Shown: positions 38,943 to 49,813 of the stretch, piece after piece
Numbering within the stretch: the stretch's first letter is position 1
Layout of the letters: each line of letters opens with the position of its first letter
DNA from: Ferruginibacter sp.
GTDB lineage: Bacteria; Bacteroidota; Bacteroidia; Chitinophagales; Chitinophagaceae
Assembly (NCBI GenBank): GCA_040007795.1
Contig: JBDTUK010000121.1
Span: forward strand, 756 to 64,755
Length of the DNA stretch: 64,000 bases
Reading direction: 5' to 3'
The notes under the pieces: generated by a model
What the model was told of the DNA's origin: nothing
The model's input: the letters and a program-made list of their open reading frames with translations, nothing else
The model's database searches: none
Position numbers and translations under genes: made by a program

Positions 38943-41408
38943 ATGCAATTTATTGAACATAACGAAGTTTTTGACCTTGCCTTTCGCTTTATTACAGAAA
39001 CAAGCGAAAATATTTTTCTAACAGGAAAGGCGGGCACTGGAAAAACTACTTTTCTAAAATACCTGAAAGATAATTCTACAAAAAACATTATTATAGCTGC
39101 TCCAACCGGGGTGGCGGCAATAAATGCAGGCGGTGTTACGCTACATAGTTTATTTCAGTTACCTTTTCATCCGTTTCTACCTACTAAAAACAATAAGGAA
39201 GATCTGCTTGCAAAAATCCGGTACAATAAACAACGGCAACAGTTGTTACGTAAAATGGAATTGCTGGTGATTGATGAAATAAGCATGGTTCGCTGCGATG
39301 TGATGGACGCTATTGATACTATTTTAAAACATGCCAGGAGAAATTATCATTTGCCGTTTGGTGGTGTTCAATTATTATGCATTGGCGATCTGCACCAGTT
39401 ACCTCCTGTAGCACAAAATCATGAATGGAATATTTTGAGTGAATACTACGCTTCCCCTTTCTTTTTTGATAGCCTGGCTATTAAAGAGCAATCTCCATTA
39501 TTAATAGAGCTGAATAAAATTTATCGCCAGAAAGAAGAAAGCTTTGTACGGCTGCTTAACAAAGTTCGCAACAACCATATGGAGGCAGATGATTTTGAAG
39601 ATTTGCACCTGCGGTTTGATCCTGGTTTTAATCCTTCTCCAGATGAAAAATATATTACCCTTACCTCACACAATAATCAGGCTGACCTGATCAACCAGCA
39701 GCAATTATATAAAATTGACAGGGCAACATTTACTTACAAGGCTAAAATTGAAAACGATTTTCCGGAAAATATGTACCCGGTAGAATTTGAATTGGCTTTA
39801 AAAGAAGGGGCGCAGGTAATGTTTTTAAAAAACGATCTGATTCAAAAACGATATTACAATGGTAAAATTGGTGTGATAAAGTCCCTGGAAAAAGAAAAAA
39901 TAATAGTTGAGAGCGATGGCAATGAAATTGAAGTTGGGGTGGAAACCTGGGAAAACAGTCGTTACACACTAAACCATGCTGATGGAAAGCTTGAACAGGA
40001 AACATTAGGCACATTTACACAGTACCCTTTACGGCTTGCCTGGGCAATTACCATTCACAAAAGCCAGGGTTTGACTTTTGAAAAAGTAATGATTGATGCC
40101 GGTGCCGCATTTAGCAGCGGACAGGTATATGTTGCGCTAAGCCGTTGCACAAGTTTAGAAGGAATAGTTTTATTGAGTAAGATCCCTTCTGCAGCTATAT
40201 ATAGCAACGAAAATGTAATTAAAGGTCAACAATCTCTTTCTTATAAGGGTTCTTTAGAAGATAGGTTTTCGGGAGCAAGACAATTGTTTACAAAGCAGTT
40301 GTTGGAAGGCCTTTTTTCTTTTGCCGGCATAACAACAGCTGTTGAACAATTAGAATTTCAGATAAAACAGCATACCGAAAAATTAAATAAAGACGCTGTT
40401 GAATGGATAGAAAATTTTAAACATCATATATCTGCAGATAAAGCCGTGGGTTTAAAATTCATCGGGGTGATTGTCGGGCTGATGAAAGATGAGGCTGTTA
40501 TAGAAAATAACGTATTACTGCAAAAAAGAATTTCAGACGCAGCCAATCATTTTATTCCAAAGCTGGAAGGCTATATTAAGGAATTAAAAGATCATCCATT
40601 AATAACAGAACACAAGGAAACAGCTTCGCCAATTAATGAAAAGCTTAACGATTTTGTTTTGGTTCTATACAACAGTAATTTTTATATGCAGTTTTGTAAA
40701 CAACCTTTTTCTATTACCGGATTTTTACAGCACAAACTAAAATACGTGCTGCCCAGATTTAATATTACCTGCTATGCCAGCGAAACTAAAGTTAGCAATA
40801 CAGATGTATCCAACACGGAGCTGTTTGAAACCCTAAAGCGCTGGCGCAACCTGGTTTGTTCCGAAACCGGCCAGGCTATATACATGGTGGCCAACCAGGC
40901 TTCTTTGCAGGAAATTTGTACTTACTTGCCGCTTACAAAACAAGAGCTGATGCAGATCATCGGCTTTGGAAGAGCAAAGGCAGAAAAATACGGTGATGAG
41001 GTTTTAGAGGCTGTGCAAAACTATTGCGAAAGAAATGGCCTTGAATCCAGGATGCATGCAAAAGCTGATAATCCAAAAAAAGAAAGAAAATCAAAGTCAA
41101 CAAAACCCAAGACCGGTTCTAAAACCCTTTCTTTTGAATTATATAAAGCCGGAAAAGGAATTGCAGAAATTGCCAAAGAAAGAAATTATGTAACCAGTAC
41201 TATTGAGAGCCATCTTTCTTATTTTGTGGGCACAGGAGATATAGGTATTGATGAAATAGTGAGTAAAGAAAAACAGGCTCTTATAAATGAGGCTGCTGCC
41301 ATACACGGCACCCTAAATCTAAAAGCGCTTGTAGACAATCTACCCAAAAGTATCAGTTATGGCGAAATAAGAATGGTACTTTCGGCAAATAAAATAACAG
41401 AGGCTTAG
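38943..41408 (+). CDS. PIF1/RecD-like SF1B helicase with HRDC and C-terminal HTH
   Basis: GKAGTGKT, APTGVAA, IDEISMV, GDLHQLPP, AITIHKSQG, YVALSR; HRDC-like LFETLKRWR. Confidence 0.9.
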   Translation: MQFIEHNEVFDLAFRFITETSENIFLTGKAGTGKTTFLKYLKDNSTKNIIIAAPTGVAAINAGGVTLHSLFQLPFHPFLPTKNNKEDLLAKIRYNKQRQQLLRKMELLVIDEISMVRCDVMDAIDTILKHARRNYHLPFGGVQLLCIGDLHQLPPVAQNHEWNILSEYYASPFFFDSLAIKEQSPLLIELNKIYRQKEESFVRLLNKVRNNHMEADDFEDLHLRFDPGFNPSPDEKYITLTSHNNQADLINQQQLYKIDRATFTYKAKIENDFPENMYPVEFELALKEGAQVMFLKNDLIQKRYYNGKIGVIKSLEKEKIIVESDGNEIEVGVETWENSRYTLNHADGKLEQETLGTFTQYPLRLAWAITIHKSQGLTFEKVMIDAGAAFSSGQVYVALSRCTSLEGIVLLSKIPSAAIYSNENVIKGQQSLSYKGSLEDRFSGARQLFTKQLLEGLFSFAGITTAVEQLEFQIKQHTEKLNKDAVEWIENFKHHISADKAVGLKFIGVIVGLMKDEAVIENNVLLQKRISDAANHFIPKLEGYIKELKDHPLITEHKETASPINEKLNDFVLVLYNSNFYMQFCKQPFSITGFLQHKLKYVLPRFNITCYASETKVSNTDVSNTELFETLKRWRNLVCSETGQAIYMVANQASLQEICTYLPLTKQELMQIIGFGRAKAEKYGDEVLEAVQNYCERNGLESRMHAKADNPKKERKSKSTKPKTGSKTLSFELYKAGKGIAEIAKERNYVTSTIESHLSYFVGTGDIGIDEIVSKEKQALINEAAAIHGTLNLKALVDNLPKSISYGEIRMVLSANKITEA

Positions 41409-41417
41409 TTATTTTAA

Positions 41418-41455
41418 ATAGATCAGCCACCGTTTATAAACGATGGCTGATCTAT
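41418..41455. terminator. Hairpin between convergent genes (probable terminator)
   Basis: ATAGATCAGCCACCGTTTATAAACGATGGCTGATCTAT near-perfect inverted repeat. Confidence 0.7.
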
Positions 41456-41470
41456 GACGGAAAAAATATT

Positions 41471-42847
41471 TTACTTCTGTATATTTAAAGGAGAAGAGAG
41501 GAAGTTAAATGTAAGTTTTTGATACCTGTTATTTACCACATCATCCTGGTAAACAGAAAACTGAATTTTTACCTTTTTCCCCGCCACGTCCGGCATTTCC
41601 TTGTAAGGGAAAAACAGCTCAAGATTTTTTTCACCGTTTTTATTATAGCTGGTTTTAGAACTTGGAAGCAACCTCATTTTAACATAAGTGGCAGCCATTT
41701 TATTCCAGCTGTAGTTTTCATTGGTTGTGGGTAAAAAATACAGCCCGTCTTCGGTTGTGAGCCTTGCAACAAAATATACATTTCCCAAAATGGCGCTTGT
41801 TTTTATATCAAATGATGGATAGATCAAAACTCCTTTTTTTACATTGTCTGTCTTCACTTCGCCATATCCAATATTGGTAATTTCAATCTTAGGTACTGCC
41901 AGCATTGAAACTTTTTTATCTTTTGGATACAGGGCTGCTATTATTTTTTTATCTCCTTCAGATAGTTCAGTATTCGACCCAACAGTAAATCCGTCAACAG
42001 TTTGCCATGCTTCCACCGGGTAATGCATAATAGAAAGCGGGTCGTAAGCGGTGCCATTTGTGTAAAAAAAGTCGCTTGCACCCAGCACATTAAAATCAAC
42101 CATTTCTTTATCCCATCCCTGGTATTTGGCGTAGTATTTATATACTGTATCTGTATTCCACTTTATGCCCTTAGGATAGCTTTGCTCATGAAGCAAGCCT
42201 AAAGAATGGCCAAATTCATGCATGGTTGTTCCCTGCATGGAACTGTAATTCCACTTCACATTGGGATCTTTAAACAGAATCACGTCTTTATACAGATCCT
42301 TGTAGGTATAATTTTTAAAATCGGTTCCTTTATTTCTAAGGTATTGAAGAAAGGGGCCTCCACTCTTATACTGGTTTACATATTCCTTATAATCTATAAA
42401 GTCTGATGTGTCCAGGTTAAGTGTTTGTTGATATTGAGGAATATCATTGCATTGGATACCCAACTGAGAGTTATGTCCAAGCCTGTCTTCCCTGCTTCCA
42501 AGCTTAACCCTGATATTTGTTGTGGGCGTATTATCGGGCATAAACTTAAAGGTGATATTGGCATATTGTTCCCAGGTTTTTGCATAGCGCATGATTATAT
42601 TACGTAACTGATCACTGCCAACATTGTCCATAAACTTTACCAGTATCACATCGCCATTTTCCCACGCTACATCATTATTTGCAACATTTCTTCCTTTCGT
42701 TGTGTCTACCGCTACAGGCAGCATTGCGCTACCCATAAGTGTTGTACACGGCGCCTTAGAGGGTGTTGGGCCCAGTGGCAATTTTTGTGCATTTATTTCA
42801 GAAACCAGAAAAACAATAACAGCCAATAGCAAAAAAACCTTTTTCAT
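41471..42847 (-). CDS. Exported astacin/M12-like zinc metalloprotease
   Basis: Signal peptide; HEFGHSLGLLHEQ zinc motif and SIMHY Met-turn. Confidence 0.88.
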   Translation of the reverse strand: MKKVFLLLAVIVFLVSEINAQKLPLGPTPSKAPCTTLMGSAMLPVAVDTTKGRNVANNDVAWENGDVILVKFMDNVGSDQLRNIIMRYAKTWEQYANITFKFMPDNTPTTNIRVKLGSREDRLGHNSQLGIQCNDIPQYQQTLNLDTSDFIDYKEYVNQYKSGGPFLQYLRNKGTDFKNYTYKDLYKDVILFKDPNVKWNYSSMQGTTMHEFGHSLGLLHEQSYPKGIKWNTDTVYKYYAKYQGWDKEMVDFNVLGASDFFYTNGTAYDPLSIMHYPVEAWQTVDGFTVGSNTELSEGDKKIIAALYPKDKKVSMLAVPKIEITNIGYGEVKTDNVKKGVLIYPSFDIKTSAILGNVYFVARLTTEDGLYFLPTTNENYSWNKMAATYVKMRLLPSSKTSYNKNGEKNLELFFPYKEMPDVAGKKVKIQFSVYQDDVVNNRYQKLTFNFLSSPLNIQK

Positions 42848-42913
42848 AAATGTTTATTTATTTGATTAAAATTAACTTCTTAAAAACTCTCTTACATACC
42901 CTGCAGCGGGTAT

Positions 42914-45900
42914 TTATCTCCAATCGCCATATAACACAAATGCACCCCAGTAATTAGGATGGCTAAAGCGTGGTACCTGGCTCAGCTTTATTTGCGCCTG
43001 ACGTAACGCTTCTGCTTTTTCCATCGGTACCGGTAGTGAAAGGTTCTCGTAAAAATATTGCATGAGCAGGCCTGTGGGCTCGTCAGCAACTTTCCACAAA
43101 CTGGCAACAACCGTTTTAACATTGCTAACCAGGAAAGAATTGGCCGGCGAAATATTCCAGCCCTTTACCAGCTGTTTGCTTACTGCTGTCTGGCATGCCG
43201 ACAGGATGACCATATTGCAATCAGTAATACCAATACTTTGAATTTCTCTCATGGTTAATTGCCCGTTGTTGCCATTGCTGGTGTCTTTATCGGGTAATAG
43301 TTTCAGGTATGATTGCGAATAATCTGATGAATAGTTCAACACCCCGTGTGTAGCAAAGTGTATATACTTTTTATTTCGAAGGCTTTGCTTTGCCATGCTT
43401 TCGGTAGCCCTTGCATCGGAATACACCGTTGAATCTGATCCCAGAATTTTTCCAATTTCTTTTACTTCATCTATATTAAAACTTAAAGTTGCATCAGGCA
43501 CTCCAAATGCTGCAAAGGAGCTCATGTTTGTTGTTTTTGGAATATCTTTTTCGCCTGTATTAAATACCGACATTTTGTTAGTATAAAAAATACTGTAATC
43601 TTCTATCAAAAATTTAAAGCCTTTATTGGAAGTTTTAGTACCCAGGCACTGAAAAGGCATATTGCTGAAAACTCCCGTGGGAATGATGCATAATTTTTTC
43701 TTACCGTTTATTTTATCGGCAACTGTGGTGATAAGCATATTGTATAACTGACCAGACAAATCTTTAAATTCAATATTGCCAGCGGGTTTTTCTTCATCCA
43801 CCGGTTCAGACCTTACTGCCAGCGCACCGGTACCGGTTTGTTTTGATGTGTTTTTTATCGCTTCGATAAATGCATTTACTTTAGCGGTCACATCAACCGT
43901 CATCGTATCAACCGAAAGTTTTTCTTTGGTTAATGAGAATATCATTAAGGTATTATTGTTGAGCAGGTATAACAACACTGCTACATCTCCGGGCAATTTA
44001 CTTTTGTAGTTATTAAATTCATCTGCATTAGAACGGGTAAAGTATATACTCAGCTCCGGGTATTTTTCCACAACGTCCTGCAGGAAGTTGTTGTAATTGG
44101 CTTCTACAATCTCTATCTTCTTCAGGGTTTCTTCTTTTGCCAATCCTTCCTGTTTTTCAAGAGTGTTTTCCAAAGCCTTTTTAGATTGTTGCATGGCCAG
44201 CAGCTTTTTCAGTGCTTCGTTTTTTTCTTCGCCGTTTGATGAAGCAGATAAAGAACCGGAAAGCTCTTTTATACCTGCGATATTACTTCTGTTGGCATAA
44301 GCCCATGCTTCTTTTATATTACCAAGATTGTAATAAGCAAATGTGATCTTGTTGTAGAGGTCAGATTTTTTTGGATCGTTGTTAAAAATTTTTCTTGCTT
44401 CTTCTCCGCCGTATAGATTTTCGGAATTTTTATCAAGCAGTTCTACCGCTTTTTTAAAGTACCGTAAAGAGCTATCGAACTTAGTTTGTGCAAAGTATAA
44501 AAGTCCCAGCTGATAAAATGGTTCCCAGCCTAAAGCAATTTTATATTCGGCAACAATGGCTGTGGCTTTTCTGAAATCATCTTCTGCTTTTTCTATTTTG
44601 CCTTTGTCTTTATCAATCTGTCCCAGAAAAGTTAATGCTTCAATGGCTTTTTCTTTTTCGCCGCTGCTGTTGGCATATTCGGCCGCATATACAAAATAGT
44701 CAATTGATTTGTCTGTTTGCTTCGTCTCGTAATACAATTTTCCCAGGCTAAGTGCAATGCCTGATGCAACACGGTGTAATTTTTTTTCTTTTGTTATTGG
44801 ATATACTTCAAGCAATTCTTTTTCTGCTTCGCTGTATTTTTTTAAATAGAATAAATCTTCTCCAATATTTCCCTTGCCTAATAGATAGCTTTCATTAACA
44901 ACATCTTTTTTAAGTTGAGACAAAGCAAGTTTGTGATACTTCAGTGCATTTACATAATCATATTGGGTAAAATAAGTAACGCCGATATCGGTTGAAACAA
45001 CGCTCCTGCTTTCTATAGATTGCTGATCTATATACAAACTATCGGCCGTTAAAAATGCATTAATTGATTTGCTATACTCACCCATACTTTTATACAAGGT
45101 TCCCCTTGACAGGTATGTGTTCCCCAATCTTAAAATATTGCCCGATCTGCTGAATATGGCAAGGGCGCTATCACTGTTTTTTAATCCTTCTTCAAACTCG
45201 CCATTAAGGCCATATAAAAAAGAAGTGGCTTCCAAAGTTGCGCCCAATGCAATGCTGTTGTTGTTTTCCCTGGCAAGCTTAATGGCTTTACCAAATGCTT
45301 CTTTTGCTGCAGGAAAATTTCCCATCGAGATATTTACATCGGCAATACCGTTAAGCTGCCAAATTACGCCTGACGTGCTGACCGTATCAAAAACCTGTAT
45401 TGCCCGGTTATAATAAAGCAGGGCGCTGTCTAATTGTGATTGTGTTTTAAAACCATTTGCTTTTAAAGACAGGCAGTCGCCATAACTGCTTGCTGTGTTT
45501 AATTGTTTACTAAGATCAAGACATGTATTATATAATTTATCGCCCCCCGCTATATTGTTTGTACGATATGCCAGGTTTGCAAGGGCTCTTGTTGCATCAA
45601 AAAGGTAAGATGTGTTTTTTGTGGTTTCGCATAATTGACTGCAGGCTATAAAATAATTACGGGCTTTAACGGAGTCCATATCATACCATGCATTTCCTAA
45701 ATTATATAATGCCTCTACCGTGGTTTTGCTGTTAATACCTTTTGCTTTTTCAAAATACTCGGCTGCTTTTCTATTGTTCTCATCGTTATAAAAAACATTT
45801 CCCTTTTTATTATACGTTTCTGCAAGGCCTGAGCTGTCTTTAAGTTGTTGATAAAAGCTGGCCGCAGAATCATAAGCCTGCAGGGCCTGGTTTTTTTGTC

Positions 45901-47686
45901 CGCTTAATAAATACAGTTCGCCAATACTTTTCCACGAATGTGCCTGGCCAGATAAATTATTTGCTTTTTTTCTTAACGCTATGGATTCTGTATGTGCAAT
46001 TACTGCAGAATCGTATTTGCCCAACTCCCAGTAACAACTACCCATCAGCGACCTGGAATATCCTGCATCATTAAAATCTTTTAGCGGTAATAATTTTTTC
46101 ATGGCAGAATCTGTGTAAGCCATGCACTTACTATAATTAGCCAGCTTATAATAACTATATGCTATTTCATTTTGAGTTTTTGCCCAGTTAAGTGTATCAA
46201 AATTAACTTTATAAATATAGGCAGCTTTGGTAAAGGAATCCAAAGCATTGGAAGGCTTTCCCTGATCATTATTTACACGGGCAATAAATGCAAAATATTC
46301 GGCATTTTTTTTGAGCGATTCGTAGCTGTTTATTTCTTTGTTCAGGACAATCAATTGGGCGTAAGATTTTAATGCCGCACCATAATTACCCTCGGCATAA
46401 TACATGGCACCTTCGTATTCAAATCTTTTTTGCCAGTTTGAATTATACACATCGTCGGTAAGGGTTGGCTTGTACGCTATAAGTTTGTTTTCGAAATCAA
46501 TGAGCATTTTTTTTGTCCGCAATGTTTGAGCGGATTTATACAGGCAGTATATGGCTTTTGCCATAGCAGCCAGTTCAAATTCCTTATTGCCGGCGAGGGC
46601 CGCATAGGTAATTGACGAATCGCAAAGTGGTACCGCAGCTGCATATCTTTCCTGATCGTGATTTATTTCGGCTTCATACAACCAGTACAGTGCTTTGCCG
46701 GTAGTGTCATTTAAAGCATAGGATACTGTTTTTATAAAATCATTTAATGAAGCGGCTTCGGTATATTTTTCTGCTGCCAGCGAATCCTGCACATAGCCGG
46801 CAAAAGTGCGGCAGTGGCCATCCTTTAGAATTGTTTGTTTGTACTCGGGTAAAAGCTTCATAAAAAGTGCTTTGTTCTTATAAACCGGGTAGAGCGCCTT
46901 TTTAACTTCTGTTGGGCTTATGGGGGCTTCGTTAATTATCCAGGTGGCAAAAGTTTCATTAAGCTTATACGGGTGCGACATATACTTTGCCGGAAAATCT
47001 TTTACAAACAGTAAGTAGCTTTCGATATCTTTTCGGGTTGCATCACGCATAGCTTCTAATGCCGATTTACCCGCATACCTGCCCGTGGTCATTTTTGAGG
47101 TTGCGGTTTTAGGAAGGTTATCAATGGTTTTTAAAAATTCGTAAGATTCTTTCAGGTCGGCGATCATAACCTCATAAAGCGAGTCTTCTTTCTGTTTGTT
47201 ATCGTTATAAAAAATATCATTAAGACTGTAAAAATTTTTATTGCTGGAGTTTGAAAAAATTATTTTATTAAAAACAAGATCCGAAAAAATGCTTCTGTAT
47301 CCGGCTGCCGGTGCATTCATCTTAAGGGCAATCATATCGCCTTGGCGTAGCTTTTCAGATACTTTGTTCAGTTTTATCATGCAGGCAATCATACTGTCGG
47401 CCTGTACCACCCTGCCTGTGCCAATTTTTTTAAATTCCCGGTCGGGCTCCGATCCATCAGCCGGTTTACTATATGCCTGGTAGGCAGTAGCGGCCATGCC
47501 TTTTTTTATTTCAAGACCATCGGTACCTTTTAAATAGGCGATTACGGTGTCGTTTACAGGGTAAACGAAATACACTTCGAAAACAACTTCTATCTCTCTT
47601 GTTTTTGTTGCGGCTTGTGCTGATAGATAAGTACTGTAAAAAAGCAACAAAACCAGGTAACCATATTTTTTTATAGATACTTTCAA
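42914..47686 (-). CDS. Exported TPR-repeat protein with C-terminal CHAT protease domain
   Basis: Signal peptide (...YLSAQ), long TPR-like helical array, HFATHG, LSACQT, VASLWKV, HPNYWGAF. Confidence 0.92.
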   Translation of the reverse strand: MKVSIKKYGYLVLLLFYSTYLSAQAATKTREIEVVFEVYFVYPVNDTVIAYLKGTDGLEIKKGMAATAYQAYSKPADGSEPDREFKKIGTGRVVQADSMIACMIKLNKVSEKLRQGDMIALKMNAPAAGYRSIFSDLVFNKIIFSNSSNKNFYSLNDIFYNDNKQKEDSLYEVMIADLKESYEFLKTIDNLPKTATSKMTTGRYAGKSALEAMRDATRKDIESYLLFVKDFPAKYMSHPYKLNETFATWIINEAPISPTEVKKALYPVYKNKALFMKLLPEYKQTILKDGHCRTFAGYVQDSLAAEKYTEAASLNDFIKTVSYALNDTTGKALYWLYEAEINHDQERYAAAVPLCDSSITYAALAGNKEFELAAMAKAIYCLYKSAQTLRTKKMLIDFENKLIAYKPTLTDDVYNSNWQKRFEYEGAMYYAEGNYGAALKSYAQLIVLNKEINSYESLKKNAEYFAFIARVNNDQGKPSNALDSFTKAAYIYKVNFDTLNWAKTQNEIAYSYYKLANYSKCMAYTDSAMKKLLPLKDFNDAGYSRSLMGSCYWELGKYDSAVIAHTESIALRKKANNLSGQAHSWKSIGELYLLSGQKNQALQAYDSAASFYQQLKDSSGLAETYNKKGNVFYNDENNRKAAEYFEKAKGINSKTTVEALYNLGNAWYDMDSVKARNYFIACSQLCETTKNTSYLFDATRALANLAYRTNNIAGGDKLYNTCLDLSKQLNTASSYGDCLSLKANGFKTQSQLDSALLYYNRAIQVFDTVSTSGVIWQLNGIADVNISMGNFPAAKEAFGKAIKLARENNNSIALGATLEATSFLYGLNGEFEEGLKNSDSALAIFSRSGNILRLGNTYLSRGTLYKSMGEYSKSINAFLTADSLYIDQQSIESRSVVSTDIGVTYFTQYDYVNALKYHKLALSQLKKDVVNESYLLGKGNIGEDLFYLKKYSEAEKELLEVYPITKEKKLHRVASGIALSLGKLYYETKQTDKSIDYFVYAAEYANSSGEKEKAIEALTFLGQIDKDKGKIEKAEDDFRKATAIVAEYKIALGWEPFYQLGLLYFAQTKFDSSLRYFKKAVELLDKNSENLYGGEEARKIFNNDPKKSDLYNKITFAYYNLGNIKEAWAYANRSNIAGIKELSGSLSASSNGEEKNEALKKLLAMQQSKKALENTLEKQEGLAKEETLKKIEIVEANYNNFLQDVVEKYPELSIYFTRSNADEFNNYKSKLPGDVAVLLYLLNNNTLMIFSLTKEKLSVDTMTVDVTAKVNAFIEAIKNTSKQTGTGALAVRSEPVDEEKPAGNIEFKDLSGQLYNMLITTVADKINGKKKLCIIPTGVFSNMPFQCLGTKTSNKGFKFLIEDYSIFYTNKMSVFNTGEKDIPKTTNMSSFAAFGVPDATLSFNIDEVKEIGKILGSDSTVYSDARATESMAKQSLRNKKYIHFATHGVLNYSSDYSQSYLKLLPDKDTSNGNNGQLTMREIQSIGITDCNMVILSACQTAVSKQLVKGWNISPANSFLVSNVKTVVASLWKVADEPTGLLMQYFYENLSLPVPMEKAEALRQAQIKLSQVPRFSHPNYWGAFVLYGDWR

Positions 47687-47702
47687 AGTGTATACATTAA
47701 GG

Positions 47703-49673
47703 TTATTTAATAATAAAGCTAACGCTAATTATTCCGATTTCTTCGGCTTTGATGTTTGATATATCTCCTCTTGTTGCAGCCTTCCCTTGCTTTTCATTAA
47801 ATAAATCATCCATTACTGTTTGAAAAGACTGCATATTATCTCTGGTAATTTTTTTCTCAAAAACGCTTTTTAAATCCATGGGTTCTTTCGAAACAATTAT
47901 TTTTAAAAACTCCACCCCTACAGGACTTCCTTTGCTTACAGCCAGTTGTCGCACAACCGGACTATTTTTACCTATAACATAATCGGCCGGTTCTTTTCCT
48001 TTGTACGGATACATCACTTCTATATTATTATCCGGGTAAATATCCAAAACGGTATAGTAAAGATTCTGGTTGCTGTTGTTCTGGATATGAAGGGCATAAA
48101 CGTCTCCAATCTGCAACTCTATGCCGGCAGCTTTATTATATTCCTTTGCCGGCACAATCTCTGCCGAAACATACTGAGCAAGTTCTCCACCATCGGGCAT
48201 GGCACGTAAATACTTTACTCTTAATTCTCTTTTTATACCTGCAATAAATTGTTTTTTCTGCTCTGCAGATAATGAATCTTTATTTAAAATACCGGCAGAC
48301 CAAATGGTTTTATTGTTTCTGTCTGTGAGTATTGCCCGTTTTCCTTCTCCGTCTTTTTTTACTTCCAGCTGAAAATCTGCCTTATCTGCTATTTTTAAAA
48401 AGCTATAGGGCTTCATAAATTGTTTCACCTGTTTTTCCAGGGCTTTTGCCGGAGCATCTGACTCGATAAAATTAAGTTTAACCGCCGCCTCAAGGTTTCC
48501 ATAACTCTCTTCGTCCATCCTTATTTCATATAATTCTGTTTTGGTCAGATTTTTTTCTGCAGCGCCGTAGCTTCTGAAATTATCAACTCTTTTTATAACA
48601 GCATTCGTATAAATTTCGTTGCTTTCTGCTTTATAAATTTTGCAACGGGTTCCGTTTGCAATATTATCCAGCAGACCTTTTTCAATACTAAATAATGAGT
48701 CTACGGTACTACCGCCTGTTTTATCACCAACCCTTATGTAAATTTTATCTTCCCTGGATTTATATTTTCCGTTAAATATAATTTGTTGTCCGTAACCCTC
48801 CATCATGGGTATTTGCTCAGGAATAAAAGCCTGCATGGTTGCTCTTATTTTTTCAAACAGCAGTTGATAGGTATTCTCTGCTGACATTTCGGTTAATGCT
48901 TTATAAAATGAATAAGAAAGCGAGCCTATCTCTTCGTTATTAATGATAATCTGTTTATTTACCTGGTGGGGCGATGAGGCGCTTATAACAACCATATTGG
49001 AAAGCGAATCCGCTGCAGCTTCAAAAAAACCCTGTTTTGCTTCAGCTGCCGATAAATTTATTACTGAATCCAAAGGATTTTCAGGATCAGGAAAAGGAAC
49101 AGGTTCGCCGCGGGTTACTGCAAAACTTTCATCCCGGGTACCGGTTCCGGAGTGGCATGCATCTAAAAGTACCAACAAGCTTCCCTCGCTGCCAAGTTTT
49201 TTTCTTATGTTAAGAAGAAGCGGATACAAATCATCATCACGCAGGTGATTTTCACCTTTGTAACCGGTTGGGTTGTATTTAGGCATTGCATCGTAAGGCA
49301 AAAAGGCTTCATCATATCCGTCGTCTTCATCTTTTCCAAGCTCAATTGTTTTTTGATCTCTTATTTGCTGGCCGTGGCATGAAAGATGAATGACAACGAT
49401 ATCATTTTTCTTTGCCTTTTCTGAAAGCTGGGTAAGTGAATTTATTATTGCTTTTTTAGTTGCCTTACTGTTAATTAGTGTATCGATATTGTTTTGTTCA
49501 AACCCGTTTCGGCCTAACGCTGCCTTTATATATTTTACATCGTTTACAGATGCTATTGGTTTTATTTTGCTTGTTGCAGGATATTCGCCTACAGCAACAA
49601 TCAGCGCCAGCTTATTTTGCGAAAGCGAGCCTATAGTAATAAAAACAGAAAGCAGAAATAAAATAAATTTCAT
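47703..49673 (-). CDS. Exported caspase-like (peptidase C14) protein with C-terminal DUF4384-like domain
   Basis: Signal peptide; ALIVAVGEY, HLSCHG (His), DACHSG (Cys); C-terminal YYTVLDIYPD...GVEFLKII. Confidence 0.9.
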   Translation of the reverse strand: MKFILFLLSVFITIGSLSQNKLALIVAVGEYPATSKIKPIASVNDVKYIKAALGRNGFEQNNIDTLINSKATKKAIINSLTQLSEKAKKNDIVVIHLSCHGQQIRDQKTIELGKDEDDGYDEAFLPYDAMPKYNPTGYKGENHLRDDDLYPLLLNIRKKLGSEGSLLVLLDACHSGTGTRDESFAVTRGEPVPFPDPENPLDSVINLSAAEAKQGFFEAAADSLSNMVVISASSPHQVNKQIIINNEEIGSLSYSFYKALTEMSAENTYQLLFEKIRATMQAFIPEQIPMMEGYGQQIIFNGKYKSREDKIYIRVGDKTGGSTVDSLFSIEKGLLDNIANGTRCKIYKAESNEIYTNAVIKRVDNFRSYGAAEKNLTKTELYEIRMDEESYGNLEAAVKLNFIESDAPAKALEKQVKQFMKPYSFLKIADKADFQLEVKKDGEGKRAILTDRNNKTIWSAGILNKDSLSAEQKKQFIAGIKRELRVKYLRAMPDGGELAQYVSAEIVPAKEYNKAAGIELQIGDVYALHIQNNSNQNLYYTVLDIYPDNNIEVMYPYKGKEPADYVIGKNSPVVRQLAVSKGSPVGVEFLKIIVSKEPMDLKSVFEKKITRDNMQSFQTVMDDLFNEKQGKAATRGDISNIKAEEIGIISVSFIIK

Positions 49674-49813
49674 CAGGTAATTCTGGTTGCAATGATATTA
49701 ATTAAGGAGCCGTATACCAGAGGAAAAATAGGACTTGATTTCACATCAAACAATACCCAACAGCACCTATTTTGCAAAACGTTATCATTTGCCAGCTAAT
49801 TTATTGCCGTCCG

